A stretch of 63,149 bases of DNA, filler included, from Asterionella formosa (lineage: Eukaryota), in the NCBI GenBank assembly GCA_002256025.1. It is 11 parts of 11 records of this genome, joined end to end, with 100 filler letters (N's around TTAATTAATTAA, not from the genome) between each part and the next. Parts side by side here need not be neighbours in the genome. Positions count along the whole stretch, not along the records: positions 27,001 to 47,434 come from NKIB01001632.1; positions 47,535 to 49,181 come from NKIB01001634.1; positions 49,282 to 50,928 come from NKIB01001635.1; positions 51,029 to 52,678 come from NKIB01001636.1; 7 more parts are not named here. One strand, written 5' to 3'. Below are positions 39,285 through 51,282 of the stretch, in pieces (the stretch's first letter is position 1; each line of letters opens with the position of its first letter). The notes under the pieces were generated by a model. That model did not search any database. It was not told where the DNA came from and was given only the letters and a program-made list of their open reading frames with translations. A program made the position numbers and the translations under genes.

Positions 39285-40345
39285 TAAATGGAAATAGACA
39301 CTATTTATACATCACATATATAGCATAATAATATGCAAACGTTCTGTGCAAGGTAGATCTTGACCAGTCATTCCAGGGCAGAACTGGAACGCGTTAGGAC
39401 GAAGCGTCATAAATTTCATCATGTGTCACGGGTACATGATGTATAACCACGAAACAGGTACCTGGTACCTAGTACCTGGTACTGTACTCCTGCAACTATA
39501 GACTATCACATTTATCACCAATAATGGTACGGTACTTGTATATAAATGTATTTAGATCCATGCATAGAGAACAATTTTATTATATCGAGCTTGGAAATTT
39601 CCGATTAGGAAAACCGGCTGTTATACACCGGTATATTGTACATATTGTATATATTTAGGTGACATCTGGGTACGTTGACGTCAATTCAATTTTATTTTAA
39701 TACTCATGTATGAATATATTCGAATATTTTGCAGTACTGGCATATTAGGTACCTGGTACCTGGTCCTTACATCTACCCGGTAGTTCAGGATGCTTCCTTG
39801 TTTTGCCCAGCAGACGAAGTAATACCGGTACCGGTATACACTATGAGATTGTTTACGAATATAGCAATGCACACTAAATCATGGTTATGCAATACCGTAG
39901 TACTGATTGGAGGTAGGTAGATATTTTGCAGAATATATAATGTCTACTGTAAATAAACAAATCCATACATATGTAGAGCAATCATAGAAGAAAATCTCAT
40001 GATAATTAATGTAGTCTAGTCAATATCTTATTATAATAACGTGGCCTCGTCGCCATTCTGTAATTCCAAGTGCTGCCTTCACTACAAGGAGTTCATGAAC
40101 CTCTCGGACAAGTTGCACTACAACGATCACTTCCAGAAAGCAAACGAGTTGCTAAACGAGAAGGGCTGTACAATATTTCAAGAAACAAATCCCAATCGAA
40201 TCGAATTGAATTGAATCGTCTTGAAGTCGGGAACAGATAGTCAGTTGTAGAACCGACACGAGAGACTTCTCGCCTTCAATCCGGTACAGGCCTGCAGCAA
40301 GCATCAAGTCGCCTCGTACATACCGGTAGCAGGCATTACTGCATT

Positions 40346-43300
40346 ATGATTCTGGATGTAGCAGAAGCGCTTGACTCGAATGATTCGGTGTGCACTGAGA
40401 ATACTCCTCTGACGCTCGAAGCGAGTAATACAACCAAAGGTCGTCACGACGCATTGAGTTACATCGAATCACGTGCTGATATGTCGGGTCTAGCTACCAT
40501 GCAAGAGACGGAGCCATATATCAATGCAAGCTCGTCGATGAAGGCGACAAGAATACGGCTGGTGCAGGACGCCCAGGTGGATCACCTATCAACCGTAGCG
40601 CTGGCGCCATCGTCCCATCCAGGACAAGCAACTCTTGTACGACTCCTGGTCAGGTTGCTAGTTGGGGCTGCTATTGGGGCTTTAGTCGGATTGGGTGTAG
40701 CATTTGCCGTCATTCTTTTTTCAAGGCTGCTTCCTCACGGCGATACTACCACAATGATGACTCTGCTTCTCCCAAGCTCGCATCGTTGTCAGGAACACAC
40801 GTGTGTATTAAGACCTTGGCACTCTGCCTTTCGTGGTACCTTGTCAAAATCGGGGTTGAATGTTTATTTGGATCTTTTTGGTGGAAGGGAAACTTTCAGA
40901 GATGAATCAGAAATAACGATTACACCGACACAAATGAAAGCGATAGATCCGAGAAAGAGAATGTTGGCAGATTCGTCAACAAGTACGCAACGGTATAGTT
41001 CTCGGAATAATGGGCCAAAACTGGTAATTGCAGGTCAAATGGCCGTCGAAGAAGGACCCTGTAATATCGCTCAGCTGAACTTGGACACCGACGTTTGGAG
41101 TCTCTCGGAACGTATTCAGTTGAGTCTCTACAATTCGTACTCAGGAGGGGAAGTATATCACTTGCTAGCTAACCATACACCATTCCGCCCTGATGAATCA
41201 ACCGTTCCAAAAGATCGACCATATTATGGCTCTGGAGAGCTAATTGTTGTCGGGGCATTTGATACAACATATCGGAATAGTCAAGTGACGTATTGCTCGG
41301 TGGGAAAATGGGACGGGGATGTGTTGTCCAAGGTTGGCGAAGGATTGTGTAATTCAGCGTTGTCAAAGGGTATGAAAATAACAACCGCGGCATTGGCTGG
41401 GCCTCAAGATGTTTATGTCGCTGGATCCTTCCATACCCAAGTTTGGAATGGAGATCAGTTTGTAAAGATTTTCAACATTGCTCACTTCAATGCAGTGGAA
41501 CAGGTATGGCTTCCTTTGAATGTTGGTCAGATTACGTGCTCGTGGTGTACTGTGACGGTTCTGGCACTTGCTTGGGATTCCAAAAGACGTCAACTTCACG
41601 TGGCAGGAAAATTCAACGCAATCGATGGTAGAAACGTTCCTGCTGGGCTAGCGATATACGATTGTGATTCCGGTCACTTGGTTGCTCACCCAGGAGGCGG
41701 ACTGTCCATGAGGAATGTTACACAAGATGGGGTTGCAACAGCCCTTCAGTTCGATGAAGAGGCTGGTGTTCTTTATGTCATGGGGTCCTTTGAAAGATTA
41801 ACCCAAACTAGAGAGGTCTGCCTTGGATTAGCAGCTTTTGAAATCAACGCCAATAGATGGACTTGTCTAGCGGACGCTGCACACACTGTCTTGCCAACCG
41901 GTGGAGGAAATATGCTATTGTCGCCTTTTGGATTACTAGTGGCTGGGAAGACTACCAGTTTTACGACGTGGCCGGATAGCGAAAAACCATATACAATTGC
42001 CCTCTTGAAGGCAACTCTCAAGAAAAGGGTCCACATTGGGGACATGGATTCGTCCACTGACCCCATTGTTGATTTCAATTGGTCATGGCTCCCTGGTTTT
42101 GGTGGTCACGATGAACCTCTGCATGCTCTCGCGAATGGTTTTGGTGAATATGAAGGGACTGTGTTTATTGCTGGCGACAACTTGGTTGCGAAATGGTCCT
42201 ACGAAAAAAGTACAGAGGACGCAGATGATCAAAAAGTTTCATTTGGGCGAAGCACTGCCACTGCTTCCTCGCAAAGCATTGAACCTGTATATGTCCCTAT
42301 CACCGTCAATCTTTCCACTGGACGTGTACGAGGTGCAATCATGGCCATTTCACAAATGATGCCTGAACCAGATGAGGTTCCAATTCCCGAATACTCAGGA
42401 ACCATAAATTACACCATTATTGTATATTGTGTCGCCCTGGGAACAATCATTGGCATATTCATGGCTCTGATTTTCAACCGAAACGTCTCCTCCACTATCG
42501 CATCCATCTTTGACAAGGACGCTCAATTCAAGGGATTTTCTCTTGATACGTTAACCTACAGCGCCATCGAACACACGAGCATTACTGAAGCATACCACAG
42601 GGCAATGCAAACCCGCTATGTCCAGCATCCGCATCTTTTGACTCTGATTGATCCTCAAGAAATTTTCCTGCAACGTATTATTGGCGAAGGGACGTTCGGA
42701 AGGGTCTGGAGTGCAAAATGGAGAAGCTCCAAAGTTGCCGTCAAAGAGTTTGTGTTCGCTCAGGCCGCAGTTGCAGGTCGATCGTCAATGCAAGGAGAGA
42801 TCATTGAAGAAATAATTGGGGAAGCTGGTATGATGGCGATATTGCGACATCCCAATGTATTGCAATTATTTGGATGTTCTCTCACTGCTCAAGCCATTTG
42901 GATCGTGAGCGAACTTTGCTCTCTGGGTAGCCTAAGGCAGCTGCTCGACGACAACGAGAAGAGCTTGCCACTAGCATTGAGAATAAACCTGGCGTTACAA
43001 GTTGCAGAGGGTATGACTTACCTACATAACCAGGAGCCGCCAATCATTCATCGGGATCTGAAGAGCCATAACATCTTCATTCACGAGACGTTCACTGAGT
43101 CGGATGTTTCTTCTGCGCAAATTGATTTACTTCAAAGCTCCAAGGAGCAAAACAATGGGACCGTTGCACGTGGTCAATCCGAACAAGATCACAAGATGCA
43201 AACACAGTCAACAATTGTGGCGAAGATCGGTGATTGGGGCTCAGCTAGAGCCACCTTGTCGGGCTCACGAACCATGACACATGGGGTTGGAACTGCATGC

Positions 43301-43624
43301 TGGCTTGCACCAGAAGTGATCAAGCATGCTCGATCTTCCAAATATAGCGACGTTTATAGCTATGGTATTGTTCTCTGGGAACTTGCTACACGAGAAGAAG
43401 TGTACCAGGGACTAGAAACAACCCAAATTATTGCGAAGGTCGCCAATGAGAGTCTTCGTCCCCCGGTTCCCTTAGACTGCCCTTGGAAGGATGTGATGGT
43501 GAAATGTTGGGAGGAAAGCCCATCGAATCGATTGGAGTTCTCCGAGATTGTCGAGAAACTGAACGAAACAATCAAAACCATACCCTCCGATAAAATGGTG
43601 GGCAAAGTACAGGCTAAAGAGTGA
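40346..43624 (+). CDS. Receptor-like tyrosine-kinase-like (TKL) kinase with two TM helices and a beta-propeller-like extracellular domain
   Basis: Kinase motifs IGEGTFGRV, VAVK, HRDLKSHN, DWG, WLAPE and SDVYSYG. Hydrophobic segments lie near aa 97-128 and at about 42410-42475. Between them are (V/L)YVAG.F....IA.W-type repeats. Confidence 0.85.
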   Translation: MILDVAEALDSNDSVCTENTPLTLEASNTTKGRHDALSYIESRADMSGLATMQETEPYINASSSMKATRIRLVQDAQVDHLSTVALAPSSHPGQATLVRLLVRLLVGAAIGALVGLGVAFAVILFSRLLPHGDTTTMMTLLLPSSHRCQEHTCVLRPWHSAFRGTLSKSGLNVYLDLFGGRETFRDESEITITPTQMKAIDPRKRMLADSSTSTQRYSSRNNGPKLVIAGQMAVEEGPCNIAQLNLDTDVWSLSERIQLSLYNSYSGGEVYHLLANHTPFRPDESTVPKDRPYYGSGELIVVGAFDTTYRNSQVTYCSVGKWDGDVLSKVGEGLCNSALSKGMKITTAALAGPQDVYVAGSFHTQVWNGDQFVKIFNIAHFNAVEQVWLPLNVGQITCSWCTVTVLALAWDSKRRQLHVAGKFNAIDGRNVPAGLAIYDCDSGHLVAHPGGGLSMRNVTQDGVATALQFDEEAGVLYVMGSFERLTQTREVCLGLAAFEINANRWTCLADAAHTVLPTGGGNMLLSPFGLLVAGKTTSFTTWPDSEKPYTIALLKATLKKRVHIGDMDSSTDPIVDFNWSWLPGFGGHDEPLHALANGFGEYEGTVFIAGDNLVAKWSYEKSTEDADDQKVSFGRSTATASSQSIEPVYVPITVNLSTGRVRGAIMAISQMMPEPDEVPIPEYSGTINYTIIVYCVALGTIIGIFMALIFNRNVSSTIASIFDKDAQFKGFSLDTLTYSAIEHTSITEAYHRAMQTRYVQHPHLLTLIDPQEIFLQRIIGEGTFGRVWSAKWRSSKVAVKEFVFAQAAVAGRSSMQGEIIEEIIGEAGMMAILRHPNVLQLFGCSLTAQAIWIVSELCSLGSLRQLLDDNEKSLPLALRINLALQVAEGMTYLHNQEPPIIHRDLKSHNIFIHETFTESDVSSAQIDLLQSSKEQNNGTVARGQSEQDHKMQTQSTIVAKIGDWGSARATLSGSRTMTHGVGTACWLAPEVIKHARSSKYSDVYSYGIVLWELATREEVYQGLETTQIIAKVANESLRPPVPLDCPWKDVMVKCWEESPSNRLEFSEIVEKLNETIKTIPSDKMVGKVQAKE

Positions 43625-43727
43625 AATGAATGTGCTATCTGCTATTGTACATAGTCCACTGTTCCCTCCCTTCAATCTAAATAGCTAGCTTGTGTATCGA
43701 AGAAAAGTACTAATGACCTTCCATGCA

Positions 43728-46208
43728 CTAGTTCGCAAGAGCACCAGCGAATGCTCTTGCAAGCTGTTCTATCTCGTGCATGAGTAACGCAGAGCTTCTG
43801 TCACTTGGTCCGGCGCCGTTTTCGAGTTTTGTTCGTTTCAGAGAAGGTCCATCGTTCATATCTCCATACCCGTCAATACATACCTTAAATGTTGCTAATG
43901 AGCAATTTTCTCGTGAAGGCAGCGCCGTTGGGCTATCAAATATGACAGTCACGTCAAACGCATGAATCTCCAAGGCTAGATCATCAACTGAACACGACAA
44001 AGCAAACAATTCTTGCTCCAAGAACGGTCGCTTCTTCAATTCGCCATTCGACGAATTTGAGTTTCGCTGAATCATTTGTTGATCAAGAACAACAGCTACC
44101 GGAGTCACCGTCGCAAACGTGATCCCATTCATCGATTCAATGGGACCCCCGGCATTGTCGACAACAGCGGTAACTCCAGTTGCAAGTCCCAGTGCTAGAG
44201 CTGAGAATCCATACAAAGCCGCCATTCCGCATGATGACAGCAGTGAAACCCGCACATCATTGCAAGCGAATTGAATTGCACGAAGCCTCAACTGCTCCGA
44301 TTTGCTGCCATTGTCTTGCCATAAATTTCCGATACCTGCCCTTTGACCTAAAGCATTCATAGATCTAGCAAGGCCCTCAAAAGCATCTCGTACATGGCGC
44401 CCAGAAGTGACACCAGAGCCGGTCCTTCTTTTGTGATGCAAAAGTTCCACTGCTCGAAGGGCTGTTGGTTCACTAACCGTCACATCATTACAGGCCAATA
44501 ATCGGAGCAACCCAAAACTGCGATCGAATGTGCAAACAAAACTTCCAGTCCGAGAATCACATCCGAGGCGGAATAGTGGAATTACATTACTTGACTCTAA
44601 CCCAGCATACCGCACTCGGCTAGCCACTACTACACTGCCGCGTTCCACTGAAAGGTGTACCCAGGAAGGTAGGGGTTGGAGAGTGTTCGCCTGTAGCGCA
44701 TTGACCACTGCTATACATCTTTGCTCCGCACAAAGGGTTGTGGCTGCTAAAAGAGCATTGCTCGCCGATAAATTGAAAGGATTTGAAGCAGCCTCTACAA
44801 GCTTTTCAACGGTGCTTTTTATGTGTGATTGCGTTCTTGATTGTTCCAATATTGTGGTACCACCACTGAGGGAAATCTCGATACCAATATTCGCTTCTGC
44901 TCGAATAACTAGCGTTAGTTGATTCGGCGTATATTGAGCGTCCTTGGATTGCGCTGACGGGCCTTCAACTAAGCTACCCATGGTCGGCCGACCGTATTTA
45001 TCATCAATTGTCCAGAAGGAAATACTAACAAGCCCAATAGTGTCACCCTCAGCGAAAAATTCCACTGGGGTGATCAAGATACTTGATTTTAAATCTCCTT
45101 TCGCCGCCCAAACTCCTCGCCGCATAGCTTGCGCCTGAGCAGAAATGATTTCAAGTTGCCAAGATAACCCAAAAGTGTGGGCAACCTTGAAAAGACAGTC
45201 CAGTGGCCTCGCCAGCCTTTTTTCTTCATTTGCTCTGTATTCTTCTTTCACCATAGAAGCAGCGCAAATTCGATGTAGATCAAATCTTTGCCTATGGGTG
45301 CTGTCAAGTTGATGATTTGATCCTCCTGTTTTGGCTTGAACCCTAACTTCGACCGACAAAAGTGTCCATTCTGCAGGAACTGTTGTCGACAGAATGGTAA
45401 GGCGTGCTTCAATGGGATATATTGTTTGAGATCCAGAATTTTTTGGTCGGCCATGAGTTAGTTTGACTATTCCTCCAGTCATTGAAACTTTCCAAAGTGA
45501 CTCAGGAAAGGAAGGGTCTTGCAGTGCTATCTTTCTCATCCAAGCAACTTCCCCCTTCACTAATTTGTTGCGTACTGCCATGTGCCACCTTTCTTGCACC
45601 TCCGCTGCACTCCAATCATTTTCTTGAGACTTTTCATAACGATCTATCACCAACCTAAGATCTGTTGGAAGATCATACCATGTACCTCGTTTCAATAGAT
45701 CAAGGGCACCATAAATATCATGCGGCGCCTGCCTTGCTGGAAAAAGTTGGGCATGAAAGAAGTATAGCGCGTCCTGAGCTTCGTCAGCCTGAACCCAAGC
45801 AGTTCGTGCGTGCTGCAATGCTTTAGTGGATATCTTTATATAATGCGAAAATTCAGTCGAAGCCGAAGCTGCTGTAAGGGCAGCAACGTGTGTCAATGCC
45901 TTGCCGTGTTGAGCCAATCTCCAAGTAAGTTCATGTCGCCGCTGCGCGAATGATAGGTTTAACATTTTTTCCTTCTTCAAGGCCGATGAAGAAATATGTG
46001 CAGCATCAGGATCCATCCCTTCCACATTTGCAGCCGTCACTTCCAATTCTCCATGCGCCATATTGTACAAGTCAGAGTATAGTCCGTCAGTTGCCGCCAA
46101 TAGAACTGTCGATAAAGGAGCAGTCAGCAGAGATCCATCTTCTTGATTCAAAGATAGCTCCAAGCGTCTAGGTTCCACCCTTTCTTTACTCGGAGACGAC
46201 GAGGACAT
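43728..46208 (-). CDS. MED14: Mediator complex subunit 14 (Med14 N-terminal domain)
   Basis: PLSTVL..ATDGLYSDL and ADEAQDAL...LFPARQAPHDIYGALDLLKRGTWYDLP fit the Med14 AR.P..D...A.D.L..G...LP signature. Long intact ORF. Confidence 0.7.
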   Translation of the reverse strand: MSSSSPSKERVEPRRLELSLNQEDGSLLTAPLSTVLLAATDGLYSDLYNMAHGELEVTAANVEGMDPDAAHISSSALKKEKMLNLSFAQRRHELTWRLAQHGKALTHVAALTAASASTEFSHYIKISTKALQHARTAWVQADEAQDALYFFHAQLFPARQAPHDIYGALDLLKRGTWYDLPTDLRLVIDRYEKSQENDWSAAEVQERWHMAVRNKLVKGEVAWMRKIALQDPSFPESLWKVSMTGGIVKLTHGRPKNSGSQTIYPIEARLTILSTTVPAEWTLLSVEVRVQAKTGGSNHQLDSTHRQRFDLHRICAASMVKEEYRANEEKRLARPLDCLFKVAHTFGLSWQLEIISAQAQAMRRGVWAAKGDLKSSILITPVEFFAEGDTIGLVSISFWTIDDKYGRPTMGSLVEGPSAQSKDAQYTPNQLTLVIRAEANIGIEISLSGGTTILEQSRTQSHIKSTVEKLVEAASNPFNLSASNALLAATTLCAEQRCIAVVNALQANTLQPLPSWVHLSVERGSVVVASRVRYAGLESSNVIPLFRLGCDSRTGSFVCTFDRSFGLLRLLACNDVTVSEPTALRAVELLHHKRRTGSGVTSGRHVRDAFEGLARSMNALGQRAGIGNLWQDNGSKSEQLRLRAIQFACNDVRVSLLSSCGMAALYGFSALALGLATGVTAVVDNAGGPIESMNGITFATVTPVAVVLDQQMIQRNSNSSNGELKKRPFLEQELFALSCSVDDLALEIHAFDVTVIFDSPTALPSRENCSLATFKVCIDGYGDMNDGPSLKRTKLENGAGPSDRSSALLMHEIEQLARAFAGALAN

Positions 46209-46435
46209 GATCAGACGAGCGAGATACGAGCCTTCAAAAGGCTGCAATGAGACCCCGATGAATATCAGGAATTCGTGATGTGCTTGAATGACCTTCGAAA
46301 AACCAACACAAAAAAAGGGCGGAAGTCCAGGGTACTATACTAGTTGCAGTCATTTGGCTTAAATAAACAATTTAATATAGGATGAAGATAGCTAAAGTTT
46401 TAGTTTCAGCACAATTACCGCAACTTGCAGGTGTC

Positions 46436-47194
46436 TGAAGCTATCTGCAGGTTTCGCTTGCTCAATCATCATCTTGAGTACACATAATATACTGCCATGT
46501 GCAGCGGCTAAGATAGCTTGTACGTACACTTTGCTTTCTACATCGTCAGCATGTACCCTGTACATATGTTGAAAGGTCTCGTACTCCTTCCCGTCTGACG
46601 GATTCCTCTTACGTAGAACTTACCTGCTACACAACTAATATTGTTATCTTCTTTCTGCTGCTAGCCTTCGTGCTAGTTTTCGCTATTGACCTTACTCTGT
46701 CAATTCTCACTGTTTCTTAATTATAAGATTAAACTAAAACTAAGTTTCAATCCCATTCATCACACTTTGAGAACCTGTTCTTCGTGTTCCCTTTTCGTTG
46801 ATGTAAACCTTCTTCTGATTGATCTAAGACATCAATCTCGTTAGCAAGCTTCTTGACATGGGAACGCACCATTTGACTCATTGGACTATAGTCGAGTCCA
46901 CAGTCCTTGTGACTCATTATAGCCATTGATGCTATATTCTTGACATACATATATTGTAGAATACAGGCACCGGCGGGATACAAAGAAATCATTTACCTCC
47001 CAGGGTTGGGTGCTGGTACCAGTTGAGCGATCCTGCACATCGATACAGATGTATATAGGGTTAGAGTTATATCAATATATCAGAACTCATAACACCTAAT
47101 GTATACTTTGATATCAAATTGGGAAACAAGTTGTACATAAAATTAATTAGCTCATATGTTCAACAAATACGACTACTTCTAGTTAGATACTTCA
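46436..47194 (-). mobile_element. Solo-LTR-like repeat
   Basis: Termini TGAAGCTATCT and AGATACTTCA give TG...CA ends with a short inverted repeat. 47020-47194 is homologous, inverted, to 59126-59325. No TSD found. Confidence 0.5.
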
Positions 47195-47799
47195 CTTTGA
47201 ATTCAAAAAGAGTCCAATTAGAAGAAAACAAACATTGCTTCAAGGGTTCCTGTCATTCCTTTGATCAAAGATTACAATGTATTGACTATCAAGACTAAAA
47301 CATTCAGAGTTGCTTTAACCGGGTACGTGGCCATATGGAGGGACTGCATCTATACGTACATTGTGATGTGGGTAGCAGGAGTTGTACGGCAAATGCGATG
47401 CTGCAGGAGCATAATAAACCTGCATGGATCCATGNNNNNNNNNNNNNNNNNNNNNNNNNNNNNNNNNNNNNNNNNNNNTTAATTAATTAANNNNNNNNNN
47501 NNNNNNNNNNNNNNNNNNNNNNNNNNNNNNNNNNGATCTTGCATGTCTGTGTTGACTCATGGCAAATCAAGAATTAAGCAGGTATGTCAGCTATATATTC
47601 CATACTGCTACATAATACGCGTAGTTTTCATACATGGTAGTAGTAATGGAAAATTATCGAAATAGCCTGGAGGGAAGCCTGGAGGGATATGCACATGATT
47701 GTAGCCAGCCCGTAACCGTTGAATTTTCGTGATACTTTTTGGGTGATACAATTTCATTTTTATTTTTGTGGAGAATGGATTTTTTCGGTTTAAATCGAG

Positions 47800-47862
47800 T
47801 AGCCGTTACATGATACTTTTTCAAAAAAAATGATACCAAATCGAAAATGATAAGAACGACCC
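47800..47862. mobile_element. Orphan end of the Harbinger-type MITE family seen at 61632-62624
   Basis: AATGATAAGAACGACCC followed by TAA is identical to the right TIR ending at 62624. TGATAC subterminal motifs are present. Confidence 0.6.
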
Positions 47863-48259
47863 TAAACCTGTTCGCATATGTAAAAATAACATTCATTTGC
47901 GTGTGTGTCGTATCATGTCGCTCGTGTTTGTAATTCTTGATACTTGTCCATCAAAGTGCTAGTCTACACGAAATAAATTCTCTACCACCTGATGTCATTG
48001 AGTTCTACATGAAATCATGACCATGATGATGCCGGAACTTTTGTCCATCATGAAATATGTTTGTACATATGCCCTTCGTTATAGTAAACCGGTATCAGTA
48101 CAACAGGTACATTTATTGGAAAAATACCGGTGGTACCACTCCACATGGTTCGTTATAATCGTCATGTAGGAGAAGGTTGAAGTTAAGTCCAATGTATGTT
48201 TGATACCAGTTTTTAACATAGATTAATGACCCCGAGGGTCATTTTAGCTTACCCGGTAT

Positions 48260-49181
48260 TCAGCTAAGCAAAATTCCGGAAATGATTGAGAATTTTTCCC
48301 TTTCCACCCCTACTGACAAAATGTTGGTACAAAAGCCTCCAAGACAAAGTGAAAGTGAGAAAACTTGCTTACCGGTACCATGTTTCTGTCTCACGATCAA
48401 CCAGCTGTCATGCATGCATGCAATATTCTTTTTTAATTGGAAGAGACGAGAGAAGTGACACAGTAGAGCGTGTGATAGACCTACCACAGCTATGACAGGT
48501 ACAATATATTTCACCCACTGCCTGGTTACCTTGATAGTAATTCTGGTTTCTTTAACAACTGTAAATGAATGCTGACAAACAAAGTATATCTCCACTTCCA
48601 ATTTTACCAGGTTGCTTAGACAAGTCGTGAGGTTGCTTGAGGCCCCTGCTTGTTTACTGAGTTGTTTAATATAAACAATTCTGGGACAGCTCTCCTTTAA
48701 TTCAGCATCGATAGTACGAAGAGTCTTCATTATTTGTGGTATTTTAGCTTTCAAATAAGAGAACATGGCCTGGCCTTGTTGATTTAGTTGTGTCACTTCA
48801 CTTTTTAAATCTTGCACTCCAAGATTTATTTGTTTCACTTCAGTTGGCAAACCTTGCAAACCCTGAACTCCATGATTTATTTGTTTCACTTCAGTTGACA
48901 GACCTTGCACTCCACGATTTATTTGTTTCACTTCAGTTGCAATCACTTGCATTGAGGTGAAATTTTTTTTATTAATATCACCTTCACCTTCACTAAAATT
49001 ATCAATTCAACAGTGATAGCCTTTTCCTGGATCTCTCTCAAGCTTACTAATAATATCCCCCCACCAATGATAGCGCTCGTTTGGATCCCTCTTCAGCAAT
49101 CCTTTATGCAGAGTTTTCAAAAAAGTCCAGTCTTTGATTTTTGGCAAAAATGTTTCGACCTTTTCTTCACAAACTTGGTCA
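48260..49181 (-). pseudogene. Fragment resembling the C-terminus of a ROCO/COR (TORNADO1-like) or STAND-type protein, with coiled-coil repeats
   Basis: Three to four TEVKQIN.GVQ.L repeats are followed by CPRIVYI...IYFVCQHS...WVKYIVP. The frame is disrupted upstream and the contig is truncated. Confidence 0.4.
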
Positions 49182-49589
49182 NNNNNNNNNNNNNNNNNNN
49201 NNNNNNNNNNNNNNNNNNNNNNNNNTTAATTAATTAANNNNNNNNNNNNNNNNNNNNNNNNNNNNNNNNNNNNNNNNNNNNAATAAACGACATTATAAAC
49301 CCTACCAACTTCCGATTTTGCGCACAAAGTATATCCGTTTCGTCCACTTCAGCATGACAATCTCGCCAATCAACCCGTAAACAAACACATTCTACTTGTT
49401 CTCGTTGACATTTTCAATTCTCACATGATACTACATCTACTATTGAGATTCAGCATAGAAAGAGATACGAAAATGTGCGTAACAGACTACTGTCCACATA
49501 GCTATAGTTATAGAATGATTCTGATTAGAACGCATTTCATTTTCATATTGCTCGCTCGTTTCTGCATTTGGTATACTGTACTTGAATTA

Positions 49590-49990
49590 ACTATTGAACT
49601 TGTCCGCATCTTTGATACCATCAAGCAAGAGAGCGAAAGCAAGTGGCTCTTTTCATTGTTGTTTGCTCGTAGGAAGAATTTGATATCTGTATCGTCATTT
49701 GCTTGTTGGAATTGTCCGTTGCCTCAAACTTGTTTGGCGTGTGCGTGCACACACTGTCGACTTGTTTTCAATGGTATGTTGTTCTTTGTATTCACTGTTG
49801 AACTTGTCCGCATCTTTGTTAACATGATCAATAGAGCGACAAGTGGGTTTCTTCATTGTTGTTTGCTCCTGGAAAAGTCGGTGTCCGTGTCATCCTCATC
49901 AATAGAGAGACAAGTTCTTTCGTTGGAAAAATTGGTACCGTATCATCATTCGCTCGTTCGAACCACTGTCCGTTGCCTCAAACCTGATTA
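49590..49990. repeat. Diverged tandem duplication (~200-bp unit)
   Basis: TGAACTTGTCCGCATCTTTG, TTCATTGTTGTTTGCTC and TGTCCGTTGCCTCAAAC each occur twice in the same order. Confidence 0.7.
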
Positions 49991-50551
49991 GCATTTGAGT
50001 ACCGGTACCCGGTATGTGCATTGTCGACTTTAGTACATTACAGGCGGAGTGACTTCGCTACTAAATTCCTGATTGATAAGATGATACTGTGATATCATGA
50101 TAAGGCTACATCGATGCATACATCACCAAAGTATGATACGTAATATTGAATAAAGTACATCACATAGCTATGATACATTGATCATAAAACTACGATGATT
50201 TTATAAAATGTATATGATATAATTTTGATCAAAATATGATCATGTAAAAATAGTACCATGACAATAAAATACGATAAAATTTGTACGCAAATGTTACCAA
50301 GACATCATAGAATATACATCAAGCAATCATAAAGTATGTTAATTAATATATATGTTTGTCGTTTAATGTATACAGTTAAAGTCAACACTTAATATGATAG
50401 TATTTTACAGTGGATAGGATTTAAGTATACGGATGCGTTGATATGTACATCACTATAATATGATTTGTGACATGATGGATTGATGCATATCACATACCGG
50501 TATCCTCAACAACCAGCCATCACGTTCATTGTCGTGTCGTCTTTCCTTGTT

Positions 50552-50928
50552 TTAGCTATATATATGCTCAGATCCGTTCCATTGCAAATCTTCCTTCAAT
50601 TGGTCAAACTCGTCATCCTTGAGCATTTGCCTTCCAGTGGCATCGTAGGACTGAAGCGCGTCCAGAAAGATACGCTCCTTTTCGGCTACTGTGAAACGAA
50701 TGAGTTCCCCACTTTCCGGATTGACGACACAGTATTCCTTGTCAGGACCACTTTCGTTTTTGCTTGATTCCTTTGGGGAAAGAGGGAAGTAAGAATTTTT
50801 ATTTACTCATAAATAGTTACTAACAAAATGGTTATTTGTTTTTAATCAAGTACAGCCATTTGCAAATAACCGGACGCTGGTGTCGTTTCTTTTGCTCCAT
50901 CGACCGAGTCGGACAGAAGTGTCATGTT
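50552..50928 (-). pseudogene. PGRL1: Truncated PGRL1 (PGR5-like photosynthetic phenotype 1) gene fragment
   Basis: 50770-50552(-) translates to ...KEYCVVNPESGELIRFTVAEKERIFLDALQSYDATGRQMLKDDEFDQLKEDLQWNGSEHIYS*, matching the PGRL1 E..FL.ALQS......M...EFD.LKE.L.W.GS motif. An in-frame 83-nt intron lies at 50853-50771. Absent from the ORF track. Confidence 0.8.
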
Positions 50929-51282
50929 NNNNNNNNNNNNNNNNNNNNNNNNNNNNNNNNNNNNNNNNNNNNTTAATTAATTAANNNNNNNNNNNNNNNN
51001 NNNNNNNNNNNNNNNNNNNNNNNNNNNNGTGAAGTTTTAACTGTTTCATGTGAAGTTTTCACAATGAATTTTAACGCGAGACTGAATTAGTTGATGTTTC
51101 AAATAATTCATTTGAAAGTTCAACTAAGATCCTGCTCTTGAGGCTAATTAATACATTCACAACACGCATTTTACTTAATGAAATAGTAAGGATATTTGTG
51201 GTGTCTAATGTCATCCATCTGAGATCAAAGTTTTACGGTTGTACACATCACATGAAGAACTCACACTTACCGGTAAAAAAAT

